A DNA stretch of 64,000 bases from NCBI RefSeq assembly GCF_023055435.1, contig NW_025963779.1:88102001-88166000 (forward strand). Direction: 5' to 3'. Below are positions 1-13,169 of the stretch, one piece after another. The position numbers and the translations under genes were made by a program. The first letter of the stretch is position 1. Every line of letters begins with the position of its first letter. This DNA is from Haliotis rufescens. Its lineage: Eukaryota. The notes beneath the pieces are model-generated. The model was not told where the DNA came from. It did not search any database and worked only from the letters and a program-made list of their open reading frames with translations.

Positions 1-130
1 TAGTATTTTTCCAGCAATATCACGGCGGGGGACACCAGAAGGGGCTTCACACATTGTACCCATGTCGGGAATCGAACCCGGGTCTTCGGCGTGACGAGCA
101 AACGCTTTAATCACTAGGCTACCCGACCGC
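1..130 (-). mobile_element. tRNA-derived SINE family A (truncated by the window edge)
   Basis: Head GGTAGCCTAGTG..AAAGCGTT..CTCGTCACGCCGAAGACCCGGGTTCGATTCCC with pol III A/B boxes. Confidence 0.9.
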
Positions 131-1210
131 TACCTTACTTATGAAAGGCCGATCACGCCGTCTATACATAAGTTAGATGATGCGACAACGCGACAGACCT
201 TGAAAAATAACGCATTGTCGCCCTTTGATAAAAACCAAAAATATCACTCAAATTGTCAAAATTGTCGCATTGTCGCGTTTTGGTTAATACTTAGTTACTT
301 TTTGCTTGGTTTTGCAAGGGCGACAACGCGACAATGTCCCTTCTAGAATTCCATAGAATTACCCTCACGTTCGTTAAGTGGACAATGGGTCCGTATGTTG
401 ACAAACTGCACGCTGGCTATGCATCAATCACTTTTCATACTTATCATAAAGTATATACATTGTTGAAAAAAATAATTTTGACATTCATATTCCCCGATAT
501 GGAATGTTTCAACTCACCAGTTTATGACATTCCATTTTGGCATTTTGTTCAACACCATATTTCCACATGACAGGCACACTGGGTCTCATATAGCTCCTGG
601 CCATGACCGGCCTCGACAGTGACCCATCTATGCTGCAGTGGGAGGAGACAGGGGTTATCTGTTTCAGCCATCTGTAATATGAGTAATAACTACACGGCTT
701 ACGTGGGTCGTCTCGGGGATTGTGGTCTCGTAGATAATGAAACTTTCATTGTGAAAGATAATCAACTGATAATAGATCGCCTCTTATAGTCCCGACACTT
801 AACCCTGTCCCCCATTAACACGGATTCCCACCTGTCGGGGCCACCCATCTTCTAACCCAGACCCATCTGTCACCACCGTCGCGCCCACTAAAGGAATAAC
901 CTCTATTCATCTCCGTCTTAGATATGGCGTTAGGTAGTCTACTGGTTAACACGTTTGTTTATGACGCCGAAGTTCTGTTCGAATCCCCAAAATGGTGAAA
1001 TGGTAAGCTCATTCATAGTATACCGTGGTATTTCTGGAATGGTTTTAAAGCAGCGTACAATTGAAATTATTGTGGTGTCAGTGTTGTCCAGAGATCTGTG
1101 AGTTGCGTTACTTATCCGTGCCAGGATCCGCTACTGTTCCCCCTGATTGCGACCCATGGCATCCAGTCGCTACCGAGTGACTTTCACCTAAATAGTTATT
1201 GGCTGCAATA

Positions 1211-1370
1211 TGAGTGATTATTTTTTACGCCGCTTCAAGCAATATTCTAGCAATATCACGGCGGGAAACACCAGAAATGGGCTTCACACATTCAACCCAT
1301 GTGGGGAATCGAACCCGGGTCTTCGGCGTGACGAGCGATCACTTTAACCACTAGGCTACCCCACCGGCCC
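1211..1370 (-). mobile_element. SINE family A
   Basis: Full copy; flanking direct repeat tgg(c/t)tgcaata. Confidence 0.9.
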
Positions 1371-1476
1371 TGGTTGCAATATGCTTCACGTTTGGGTCTC
1401 TTCCCACTCTTCATCTCATTTTTTTTTTATTCAGTTCATTTGGTACAGTCTTCAACTCAACTTATTCTGTTGACAG

Positions 1477-1687
1477 GTGGCGCATCGGCGACTTCAGCAT
1501 GTGTTCCAGCACGTGCGGCGGCGGGGTCATGAACCGGAGTGTCACGTGTATACAGGTGGTCGCCCTGGGGCCGGAGAAGGTCCTCCGCCTCCCTGACGTC
1601 ATGTGTCAGCAGCCTGTCCCGGAGAGAGAGCGGGGGTGTAACAACCAGGACTGTCCCGCCGACTGGGTCGTGGGAGACTGGGAGAGG
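1477..1687 (+). CDS. ADAMTS-like/punctin (MADD-4/ADAMTSL1/3-type) internal exon, TSP1 repeat
   Basis: tgacag|G acceptor (phase 2), AGG|gtgggt donor (phase 0); WRIGDFSMCSSTCGGGVMNRSVTC...CNNQDCPADWVVGDWER is a TSP1 signature. Gene begins upstream of the window. Confidence 0.9.
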
Positions 1688-1716
1688 GTGGGTACACAGG
1701 CAGCTCTCTGTAGATT

Positions 1717-1876
1717 AGTGAGTGAGTGAGTATAGTTTTTCGCCGCTATATTCCAGAAATATCACGGCGAGGGACACCAAAAATGGGCTTCATACATTGT
1801 ACCCATGTGGGGAATCGAACCCGGGTCTTCGGCGTGACGAGCGAACGCTTTAACCACTAGGCTATCCCGTCGCCCG
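1717..1876 (-). mobile_element. SINE family A
   Basis: Full copy with (ACTC)n tail; TSD ctctctgtaga. Confidence 0.92.
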
Positions 1877-2705
1877 CTCTCTGTAGAACCAATCACACCT
1901 GATGTTACAGACACTATTGAATTCTGATCAAATAATGAACTTTGGGCGTTTGGTAGTCAAAGGGCAAAACGTCAGCGCCAGATTGAAATCAGTCTTGATT
2001 TATCTGCTGAAACAGATTCCATTGAGAGTAAAAGGCAAAATAACGATGAAATTGATATGAATGGATCACTGAAAATGAGTGATGACACCCGGTGTTCACG
2101 AGAAGGGTAAGCATGTCCTGTTCTACCACCTACATAATTTAGCACCCACCACTCACATAATTTGCATAAAAAAGTACGTGTTTGTTTGTTGCCTGGCGCC
2201 GCACAACAATACTCAAGTATATACCTTAAGTATTTGAATGAGAACGTCGGACTCCTTTGTATTCACGATGTCAATACGGTTTGGGATGGTTTTGTATTAT
2301 AAAGGACACTTCTTATGTCAGACCTCGCCCAAACTGCGAGACTGGGGCTGACAATGCGTTATTGTTGGGCTGGGTTTTCCCACGACAGTGAGCACTTTAT
2401 GATGTTTGAACATCTCTCTCGCAACACATAGTTACAGTTGTTAAATAGCTCGATGTCACGAGGGTGTTAATAATGTCATTATATAGACTAGGACTAGTCA
2501 TTGAAACATAGTAACATATAGGAAAAAAACGTTCGATATACTGGTTGTTGAGTGGGCTTTTCGGATTTGGGTACGGAAAATAATGGCATAAATATTTACA
2601 AGTTAAACCAGTTCGTTGAACCTGTCCGTAAATATATGTGACGTAGAAAACAGGTTTTTAAGTGCCTCCTTGGAGTGTCCACACCTGATGTATCTAAACG
2701 ATATT

Positions 2706-2925
2706 GACCCGTAAAGATCCGGGGTAGAATAGGTCTTCAGCAACCCATTCTTGCCATAAGAGGCGACTAACGGGATCGGGTGGTCAGGCTCGGTTGGTGC
2801 ATGTCATGGTATCCCAATTGAGTAGATCGATGCTCATGATGTAAATCACTGGATCGTCTGGCCCAGACTCGATTATGTACATACTGGAATATAGCTGGAA
2901 TATTGCTAAACAACAAACAAACAAA
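2706..2925 (+). mobile_element. SINE-like family B (gacccgtgaagatcc...(AAAC)n)
   Basis: Dispersed about 250 bp repeat sharing the gctggaatattgct 3' segment with family A. Confidence 0.85.
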
Positions 2926-2972
2926 TCATCAATGCGCTGACGATAATTTGTATGATGCATCTCCTCCTGCAG

Positions 2973-3773
2973 TGTTCAGTGACGTGCGGCGCGGGCATCA
3001 TCAGCCGGAAGGTGACGTGTCAGCGGAAGTCGGCCGAAGAGAGGACCACCCTCGTCACCTACATGGAATGTCGGCCCAGTGACCGGCCTCACTCCGAGAA
3101 ACCCTGCAACCTGAGCGTCTGTCCTGAAATAAGAATCAAGGAGCAACAGCTCAGATTCTTTCAGCTTAATAAAATGAAGAAGGTGCGTCTTCTCATCGGA
3201 TCAAATGCCGCCATCTTGCCTGGAACGTCTGTTATAGCCAAGTGCCCAGTGAAAGGCTTCAACAAGCGTAAGTTGGAGTGGTATAGAAACGGGCGACGCA
3301 TTCGAAATGGCCGACGGGTGAACGTTTCCAAAAAAGGAAATCTTAGAATTCGTAAAGGTCGTCCAGAAAGGGATGCTGGTGTTTACACGTGCAGAGCAAA
3401 CCACGCCATCTCTAACCTGACAATAGTGTTTAGCAACGTCCTTGACCTTTTAAGACAGACGGTAGTTAGAGAGAAGTATCTTCTCGGATACCTGTCAGAT
3501 GGCTCCCAGGCCGTTAATTCAGCATTATATAAAGACCCTTTTGATAGGAAGCAGAAGGCTTTGCAGATCGTAGTGAGCGAATGGACACGGTGTTCCGCCA
3601 GGTGCAATGGCGGAATAAGGGAACGTAACGTCAGCTGTGAGATCATCACCAATGACTATTTCGAGGAGTTCCCCCTCAAGGTGTGCCGGGGCGCCACCCT
3701 GCACGTGCCTCCGGGCAAGGAGGAGTGCAACGTTGATCCCTGCGTGACATGGACATCGGGCAACTGGTCAGAC
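2973..3773 (+). CDS. ADAMTS-like/punctin exon: TSP1 + Ig-like domain + TSP1
   Basis: ctgcag|TGT acceptor, GAC|gtaagt donor, 801 nt phase 0-0; CSVTCGAG TSP1, Ig motif KCPVKG...LEWYRNG...LRI...DAGVYTCRA, WTRCSARCNGG TSP1. Confidence 0.93.
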
Positions 3774-3877
3774 GTAAGTTCAACAGTATCACGTGGTTTT
3801 AGTTGTGTACCGGAAATGAGTTTCAGTGAAATGGTGTACCCATGTCTTAAAGTTGAGTATAGATAGGTGTGTGTCTC

Positions 3878-4300
3878 CAAGTTTCAGGGGGTATCAATAC
3901 GTGTGTGCCTTTATGTTTCAGTACAGTATTGACATCTTTCAGTGCGGTATAGACATACGAATGTTTCCAAATTTCAGTACGGTATAGACTAACGTATGTT
4001 ACATGTTTCAGGGCGGCATAGATTGACGTATGTTTCCATGTTTCAGTGCGGTATGAACAGCTTTATGTTTCCATGTTTCAGTTGGGCATAGACTGACATA
4101 TGCCTCCATGTTTCAGTGCGGTAAAGACAACTGTATGTCTCCATGTTTCAGTGCGGTAAAGACAACTGTATGTCTCCATGTTTCAGTGCGGTATAGACTG
4201 ACGTATGCTACATGTTTCAGTGCGGTTAAGACAACTGTATGTCTCCATGTTTCAGTGCGGTATAGACTGACGTATGCTACATGTTTCAGTGCGGCATAGA
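3878..4300 (+). repeat. 34-35 bp tandem array built from the splice acceptor and start of exon 4290 (about 12 copies)
   Basis: Unit atgtttcagtgcggt(a/t)(t/a)agac... versus the real junction atgtttcag|tgcggcatagacagctgt. Confidence 0.9.
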
Positions 4301-4475
4301 CAGCTGTGTTCGGGAGAGTTACGCCATCCACCGACGGCGGGTGAAGTGTGTCCGCCTGGACAACAGCTCGGCGGTGGAGGAGCGGTACTGTAACGTCACC
4401 CTGAAGCCCCTCGCCCTCAGCGAGTGCCCCAACATACACTGCAAGTCCATGTGGAATGTCTCCGAGTGGTCCCAC
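4290..4475 (+). CDS. ADAMTS-like/punctin exon, TSP1-like repeat
   Basis: tttcag|TGC acceptor, CAC|gtgagt donor, 186 nt; CGIDSC...RRRVKC...YCNVTLKP...C...CKSMWNVSEWSH. Confidence 0.88.
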
Positions 4476-5325
4476 GTGAGTAGCACCTCATGCTCAAAAT
4501 ACTAAAAAACTTGCCCGTACTGACAGTACTGGTTCATACCTAGAGTATTGGCTCTAACTCCGGTGTCCCTCGACGCGACATTGCTGGAATATTGCTGAAA
4601 GCGGCATAAAACCATACTCACTCACTCACTCACTCACTACTGGTTGTGAGTGATACTCCTGGTTCTAGCTGGTTCATACTTAATCGTACTGAAAGTACTG
4701 GTTTACATCGAGAGTACTGGTTTGTCTATATATGAGATGGTACATTCAATACCAGGAACACCATGCGTGGAAGAGAGTGCTACACTCACATGCTGCATGT
4801 GATCTGGTCTAGACATCTGGGGCCGTATCATGCAACGACGCCTACCGACATCTAACCATCCCAATACCAACAGACCTTCAAACTGATAACATCCGACCAT
4901 CCAACTGATACGACCAGGCCATCCAGAGAATACAATAACAACTACCTGAAACATTTGCTCTGCCCTTGTGAAATCCTTCTGGCGCCATGATGACGTTACA
5001 GGAATGTTTGCGCAACGTCTAGTGACGTTCTCTGTAGACTGTGAGATATTCAACAGAATACCTAGAAGACATAAGTCGACATCTCTTCATCAAGAATGTA
5101 TTGACTATTACTGTATCTAATGGAGTAGAACAGAACTAGGATCACATTTAACGGTCACTTCATATATGGGTTAACTTTAAGGGTGATACACTAATGACAT
5201 TGCAAGTAGTCCACTTGCATTACTGTTTGAACTTTATGTCCTATGTGTAAGTATGATGCACCTGGCTCGACACTCCTTTCGATACATAATCCAGTTAATC
5301 AATGATATCCCTCTTTTACGATGGA

Positions 5326-5495
5326 GTGAGTGAGTGAGTGAGTATGGTTTTACGCCGCTTTTAGCAATATTCCAGCAATATCACGGCGGGGGACACCAGA
5401 AATGGGCTTCACACATTGTACCCATGTCGGGAATCAAACCCGGGTCTTCGGCGTGACGAGCGAACGCTTTAACCTCTAGGCTACCCGACCGCCCC
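5326..5495 (-). mobile_element. SINE family A
   Basis: Full copy; TSD ttttacgatgga. Confidence 0.93.
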
Positions 5496-5823
5496 CTTTT
5501 ACGATGGAACCAGGTTATCGCAACTCTGTACAAAATGTAGTGTACATATATCAGAATTCGTTATCCATACCTAGTACACACAATAGTTTGCATATGACAA
5601 AATACTGTTGTTATCACATATGGATTTGAACGATCATACGTTCCTGGCACAACTAAGGGACGCAACTCTTTACGTGTAGCGTTTGCTCGTTTAAGCACAC
5701 TTCTCTTCCTTCCACATGTATATGTTTGCACGTGTGTGTGCTGTAACAAGTTTAAATCCTCCTAAGAGAAATGTTCATCCTTGCTATGACTGATGATGTG
5801 GTTGTCTGTCGTGCATGTTGCAG

Positions 5824-5971
5824 TGCCTGGCTGAGTGTGGCGAGACAGGTTTCCAGAGCCGCAGTCTCACGTGTATCTGGGACTTCACGGGACGACCAGC
5901 GGGACGGAGCTGTGAGCGACTCAAGCGGCCAATAGTCACACAGACCTGCAATGCCAGAGCATGTTCCGACA
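5824..5971 (+). CDS. ADAMTS-like/punctin exon, last TSP1 repeat (not in the ORF track)
   Basis: ttgcag|TGC acceptor, A|gtaagt donor (phase 1); CLAECGETGFQSRSLTCIWDFTGRPAGRSCERLKRPIVTQTCNARACSD. Confidence 0.9.
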
Positions 5972-5989
5972 GTAAGTACACGCTTTAAG

Positions 5990-6223
5990 GACCCGTGAAG
6001 ATCTGGGTTAGAATAGGTCTTCAGCAACCCATGCTTGCCGTAAAGAGGCGACTATGCTTGTCGTAAGAGGCGACTAACGGAGTCAGGTTCTCTGAATTTC
6101 ATGTCCCAATTACGTGAATCGATGCTGATGATGTCAATCACTGGACTGTCCAGATTCGATTACTTTCAGAACACAGTCATATAGCTGGAATATTGCTGAG
6201 TGTGGTGTTAAACAACAAACAAA
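5990..6223 (+). mobile_element. SINE-like family B
   Basis: Same consensus; (AAAC)n tail. Confidence 0.85.
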
Positions 6224-8177
6224 CTTGCTATAAGGGTGGGTTTTATACATCAAGCTGAGCTCTTGGCATCAACACATGTGGAGTATTACCGTGATACTCG
6301 TACTGGTGTTGTTGTGATTAACAGAGTAAGCTGGATTTATAAACGCTGCTTTGAACAGTTTGTGTGGCAGCTTAATGTGAGAGGGAAGGAGAAATTTCAA
6401 ATCGTAGACATTTATCACTTCAGTGAAACACACGAGCATGGGTATGATGCTCATACACTTAATGCCATAATCAGGGAAACTGGGATTCGAACCCAAGATC
6501 AGAGGATCCTGGTACCTCTAAGGGCCTGCACAGCGTATTTCAACCACCAATTCGCTACAACGACCAACCAGTCTCCAGTGACATTTGTAGGACGTCGTGT
6601 GGAGTTGTCCAGTTGGTGTTTGAGTGAGTGATGTTTTGCGCCGCGTCATCGACATCCGAGCTGAATCACGGGTGTAGAGGACTGAGACTTATTCCACCGT
6701 GGATCCTAGCGTGGTTGTAGCCGCTGATTTACCTGTGGTGCAGTTGTATAAACAGATTGTACTGATTGTCATAACAATACATGTAGCAACACGCTTGATT
6801 ACGACAACTACAAGAATTACCGTGTTAACTCAATCTACCAACAGAACGCATGGGAATGAATATCATGAAAAGTTGTGTCATAAAACACGATTTTACGTTG
6901 TTAACAAACATTTAATATATTAAAACTCACATTGTATCATAATATGTCTCCGGGAACTAGACTTGCGCAAATCTATTAGGCAATAGTTATTAGTTTAAAT
7001 CATAAATTCTAGATTATGTAAATAACAAGAACAAGTTGTCCCTATAAGAGACTGGAGTCCTTAGGTGTACTGTCCACATATCTAGACTTGCCTATTAGGA
7101 GCATAGAATAACTACACAACGAAGGACTTTTCTTTCAGTACAGCCTTGGAGCAAGGTCACCGGGACACTAGAGAATACATTAGAACAGGAATCACGTCAG
7201 GAGGGGAATTATTTGCTCCCCAGTTCACGCTCCATTTTGATTTTACTTTTAAAAAGTTTTTATTTTGACGATATATATCTTCAACCATGAAAACTGTTTG
7301 ATCTGGGACAAAGTTAGTCTAATTGTATTGTTACCTTCTTTTACACGAAGAATCCTCGACAGCTACCAGAAAGGCTCGCTACAGTTGTTTCTCTTGTACA
7401 GCTGTACATAGCTCGTGTCATATTACGTCCCTTTACACGGATCATCTCGTGATGTATGTGCACTGTAGTAATAGCAGGCATTCCTGACAGGCTGAGGGAG
7501 ACTGAACGCCACGAGGAAACAAAGGCTCTGTACCAACACTTACTGGTGTTGACCTCAGCTCAGATAGCTCTGAACTACTGGTGCGTTCTCCAGTGCAATT
7601 TGTGGTAACAGCGCGTGGCATGAAAGCTAGTTGCAACCTCTACACTCTTTTCGTAATGATTTTCCATCGCATGCAACTAGTTGCTGTCGAGTGTAAAGAC
7701 ATAACTTGTATTATTTGTTGCAACAAGTTGCAGACACTCAACAAATATGATTGTGTAGATTTGTGTCGTTCTGAGAGTGAGATCCGTAATGTCAGAGCAA
7801 CGTGTGAAAAAAATTGATTTTACAAAAGGCGAACGATTCATCAGCTTAATTGTTGACGAATTAATGCGGTACTGTTTTAGCACAAGCAGAACTAAAAACC
7901 GCACCGAGAGCACGGAACTTGATGGGAACTGGACGCGACTCATTACCAGTTCCAGTCAGTCTGATTCAGATCTGTCCTCTTGTCTTATGGTGTATGGTAG
8001 TCTGACATGGTAGGGATACCCTTACTACACACACCGAGACACTATTTAAAACGTCTAGACCTGTACAGAACAAGGGACCTTTTAGTCAGGCCAAAACTCT
8101 ACGTCCGAACACAAATGGCGTGGATCGCGGAATAAGGCATACAGTTATAGTAATGTTGATGTTTTTTTCTCTTTCAG

Positions 8178-8290
8178 GCTGTAATGACGAGTCAGACTAC
8201 TGTAGTATCGTAAAGCTGATGAGGTTATGCCGCTTTATAAACTTTAGACAAAAGTGCTGTGCAAGCTGCAAAGATGAAATGACATCATGA
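8178..8290 (+). CDS. ADAMTS-like/punctin terminal exon, PLAC domain
   Basis: Polypyrimidine + cag|GC acceptor matches phase 1; CNDESDYCSIVKLMRLCRFINFRQKCCASCKDEMTS* has the six-Cys PLAC pattern; TGA at 8288-8290. Confidence 0.92.
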
Positions 8291-9198
8291 CATAACGGAA
8301 GTAGTTCGACGTGGGGACTACGTGACCTAAGATGGTTTAATCTCGCGAGATTTGACGATGGGCGGCGTTACTAACAAGTAAACGTGTGGGTTCAACAGGA
8401 CATGAACCTTCGTGAGATGGAAGTAGCAGAAGCCATTGTCGCAGAAGATCCGTGTTTCCATGACAACGGCACGAATGCAAAATCATGATTATCTTGTACA
8501 ACGTTGATGATCCAAACATCACAGGAACCACCATTAGAGGAGACAGGTTAATTAACATGGGTACAACAGCGAGTGCAGTCCATATCTTCCCTCCGCCATA
8601 CCTGACACTTGGGGTTATACAGTCTGAGATGCATAGTAATTTCCATGTTAAATGATAATACCTTTTCCGTATATTACCTCATTTTACATTTCATTGGGGT
8701 TTTTGTGCACACATGTGTTCGTTGTCCTTGTTTTTGGTCACGTACTTAATGTCCTTGTTGACAGTGAGACCAACCTTGTGGTTTCTGTGCCATGTCACGA
8801 ACATCCATTTACTATGTACTCTCTCTTTGTTATGTCACTGTGTATTGGCTGACAACAGTTAGTGCAGATTACTGCACTATATTCAACATGTCTGACATCG
8901 ACTGTAAGAAATATCTGTTGGTACGGCGTTGTATATACAATTATAGGTGCTAAGATGAGTACCTTGAGAACATACGCAAATACCAAACACCAGCACGTTA
9001 TGACGTCATTGATGCCACTATGACGTCAAACTCCGTATACTGTAAGTTATTCATTATTATGTATATTCTTTATGTGTGTTGTGAGCGAATGTTTTCTATC
9101 GTCACTGGTGGTGACAATGATATTGGTATGTTTAATGGTGGTTTGATGTAGTTCAAACCGTTCACGTGTATCGTTATGTAGTTTATCATATAGATATT

Positions 9199-9200
<2 letters not shown>

Positions 9201-9270
<70 letters not shown>
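9201..9270. repeat. (TG)35 microsatellite
   Basis: Direct reading. Confidence 0.98.
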
Positions 9271-9274
<4 letters not shown>

Positions 9275-10591
9275 GCTGGGATCAACGAACAGCCGACCAG
9301 AGTGAGACATGATTCCTGTGGGCTCCACTGCACTAGACTGTCTTGACTGTCATAACAGGGGTGCGTTGCAAACAGCCAATCGCGATGTACAAACCCAAAT
9401 GGCGGCTTAATGAAATTTGAGTTTGACAGCGGAACAAGAAATTCCTCACTGCTCCACATTATAAAAGTAGTCATCAATAGTCATAAATTCATCGGCACGT
9501 CACCGAGCCTCATCGATTACGTTCTTCGTTTGGGCGAGGCACCAGACGCAAGTCGCGCCGCCATTTTGGAAGAGTGCGCAGGAATACAATGTCACAATGT
9601 GACAGTAGAATGACAACACGTGGTCACATTTGATCCGACACTCGGTCTGGTAGCCCTTCTGTTGCATCAAAATAAAGCTGCACGGTTGATATGACCTTAC
9701 AGCTTGGTTGTCATTGCCTGCACCTTTCCTAATGACATCGAATAACCTTTTTTACGTTTGATAAGGGATCAACATCGCCTGGTAAAATAACTTGGTGATA
9801 ACACTGGTCAGCTTGAATCCGATATTAAAATAATGCTCATATTTAGATAATCACAGACTGTTCGTGCTCACACGTGAATGGTCAAGTCTTCTTGACAGTG
9901 GTGTCAGAATGGACTGTCATTTAACATATACCTGATCTGGTCAGCGTTTAAAGAGATATCCATGGTCAGTTAATGTAAGATGTGACCACGGGATGACCTG
10001 GACAACGCCAAAACGTCACTATGGCTAGACCTGGTCTGCTGTGACTCTTCAGGGTGGCGAACGTATGACTCTGTATCGAAACACACGAACACAGACGAAC
10101 TAATTATCTTGAAATACTCGTTCAATTGCTCTCAGGTCTCGGTGCATTAAGACTAAAATAGATGGAGATAATAATAGTCCAAGTCTGGCACAGAAATGAA
10201 AAAAACTAGAAGACTTTATGCCAGACATGTTTCTCACTTTTAGTTATTAATCGTAATTAATTGGGTTCGTTTCTGGAGACTATTTACCGACTGGAAAACG
10301 TGCGTGCACCAGAGGTAAACAATGGAGGATTATGACGCTAACATGAAAACTGGTGGAGTATACGTTTATACCATTGTGCACTGAGATGCCGGGTACAGCA
10401 TTATACTATCAATATGCTAGTTGTCAAAGATGTATTTGACAAATCGTTTCCAGCCTTGCATTTAGTCTTGTGAGCCGTTCAGATTGACACATGTGTATGG
10501 ACTAAAGCTTCAGTTATGTTGAGAATAGTTTTAGTATTGAAGGATGTCACGTTAAAACTGATATAGGTGTTTACTGGCAATCAGTAACCGT

Positions 10592-11101
10592 ATATTGAGC
10601 ACCAGGTGTTGTGCTGTATCGTGTAACGTCAAGGTTTATTCAGCACCAGGTGTTGTGCTGTATCGTCTAACGTCAAGGTTTATTCAGCACAAGGTGTTGT
10701 GCTGTATCGTCTAGCGTCAAGGTTTATTCAGCACCAGGTGCTGTGCTGTATCGTGCAACGTCAAGATATTGAGCACAGGCGTTGTGCTGTATCGTGTAAC
10801 GTCAAGATATTGAGCACCAGGTGTCGTGCTGTATCGTGTAACGTCAAGGTATAGAGCACCAGGTGTCGTGCTGTATCGTGCAACGTCAAGATATTGAGCA
10901 CAGGCGTTGTGCTGTATCGTGTAACGTCAAGATATTGAGCACCAGGTGTCGTGCTGTATCGTGTAACGTCAAGGTATAGAGCACCAGGTGTCGTGCTGTA
11001 TCGTGCAACGTCAAGATATTGAGCATCAGGTGTCGTGCTGTATCGTGTAACGTCAAGGTATAGAGCACCAGGTGTTGTGCTGTATTGTGTAACGTCAAGG
11101 T
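10592..11101. repeat. About 42 bp minisatellite, about 12 copies
   Basis: Unit tattgagcaccaggtgtcgtgctgtatcgtgtaacgtcaaga with 41-43 bp variants. Confidence 0.95.
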
Positions 11102-12145
11102 ACTCTACTAGAATCTGACATAATTCAACTAGAGTTTTTTTAAGTTATTTTATCACCTTTGATATTATAATAAACCAACCCACTACCTCTTGTGTATTAG
11201 TATTATGTGTAATTGGTTTAAACACACGATACAACAACATTATTCTGGAACGACTTCGTATAGAGTACGGTCAAAAGATTATTGTCGGGATTAGTGTCGG
11301 AATTTTAACTTGGATGTTGATCTTCTTTAAAATGTTTTGGCCCTTTTGTTTATTTATTACCACCACAAGACTTTAATAGATATCGCATAGATAGTATTTC
11401 AATGTTTTCTAACTCATATTGTAATTGCGTTCAGGTGTGAGTGTTCGTGTAGCGTTCGGGAGTATTTTATCTTATCATGTCGTGTAATTTTATCTTTCAT
11501 ATTCCGTTTAACTAGCTTTATATATCAGATGTTGTAATCTGCTTTCTGTCAAAGTGGTTCATTCAGGTTCCAGTCGTCTCATCATGACTAGAGAGAAAAC
11601 ACCTCCCTCACTGACAAGTCTGGCGATCAATCACTAGAGTCAGGTCTTTTGTCGTCATAATGTTACTCTCATGTCAATTTATGCATATATTGCAAAATGT
11701 TTTCCTCGGTTCTTTTACATTTTATCATTTAATGTTTTCAGAGATAAATCATTTTTTTATATTTGTTTGTTTTAGACCTTATTTGAGACTGGTTATTTAA
11801 GCTTGATTTGTGTTTACTTTGAAACGGCCGCTGTCTTTTTTATATTTATTTATGAAATAAGCTGCAACACCTGACGAAATAAAGTATGTCGACAGATCAT
11901 CTTTCTGTTTCTAACAATATATTCTCTGTACTACGTTCATTTGGCCTCTGTACAACATTGTGTCCACATCCATGTTGTCCCGGAACAGAGAGTAGTCAGT
12001 AGACGTAGACAAGCAGAATGTGTCTAGTGTACAGTAGATGGATTGTATGTTACAATTTGTTTTGTGATACTGAACAATTTAGAATTTGATAAACCAAATT
12101 GTAAAAAGGCACAGCTTTTAATTTATGTCAACAATATTCCCCTGG

Positions 12146-12151
12146 AATAAA
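12146..12151 (+). promoter_or_regulatory. Candidate polyadenylation signal of the ADAMTSL gene (alternatives near 9672 and 11878)
   Basis: AATAAA followed by a T/GT-rich tract at the end of a long AT-rich, UTR-like region. Confidence 0.35.
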
Positions 12152-12541
12152 TAATAATTTTCATTTAGTTCGATTTGTGTTATCTTTTTTCCCCATCGTA
12201 AGTACGTCATGGGTACACGTCATCGCTCCATCACCCGTGAATATAGAGGGCGCTTTACTGTGCAGTCGCCATTTCTAACCAACGAATCATACAGAGGCCT
12301 GGTCTAGGGGAAAAGCAGCGCCGACCAATCAGCGCTCAGCTGAAAGATTTAGTCATTTCATGAAATTACCGATTTCACAGTTTGACTGTAACATTTACAA
12401 GACGCGGGGCTTACCTAAAGGCTTCACGTCATACCACGCTTAATATAGGTTCACCAACGTATAAACCACGTCGCAATTGCTTTTATTTAAAGAGGGGCAC
12501 GGGTGACCCAGATGTCTATAATGCGCCGCTGTGCAGAGTTA

Positions 12542-12717
12542 CAGTAAAGTACGGTTATAACGAACTCAAAGGGACTACTAATTTTAGTTCGTTATAACTG
12601 TAGTTCGTTATAAGCATATATACAGCATAACTACAGCAAATAGTCGGGACCAAAAAAGTAACTTCGTTATATCCGTAAGTTCGTTATAAGCGTGTTCGTT
12701 ATAACCGTAGTTTACTG
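12542..12717. mobile_element. Tc1/mariner-pogo-type MITE (176 bp)
   Basis: TIR cagtaaa(g/c)tacggttataacgaac; TA on both sides; inserted in a degenerate family-C SINE. Confidence 0.88.
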
Positions 12718-13169
12718 TACGTTCATTAGGAGTGGCAATAAGCTATGATTGTGGGTTGAAATCTCATATTCGCCATGGCTGATTATGTTTCTAGGTTTGT
12801 CAGCACAATACCCGTGCTTGTGATTTGTAGTGAGTGAGTTGCTGCATACTTTCAACAATTCACACCAAAAATTTGGGTCCCACAATGCCTGCCCTCGCGT
12901 TGAAGCCGGGGAATTTCACCCCAGGTAAACCACTGGATGTCAGAATACTTTTAATTTGTGTATTGGTCGTCTTTCTTTTGTGATATATCAAATGGACATT
13001 TATTGGTTTCTTCGGTAATTTGATCAAGGTGTTTTCTTCATGCCCCCACAACTGCACAACCCTAATTCGCATATACGCATCATTTACCTCTGTTCTTAAT
13101 GGGTCTGCACAGTTCTAATTCTTACATGTGCGTCTCCTATAACTTTCTAATATAAATACATGACACTTA

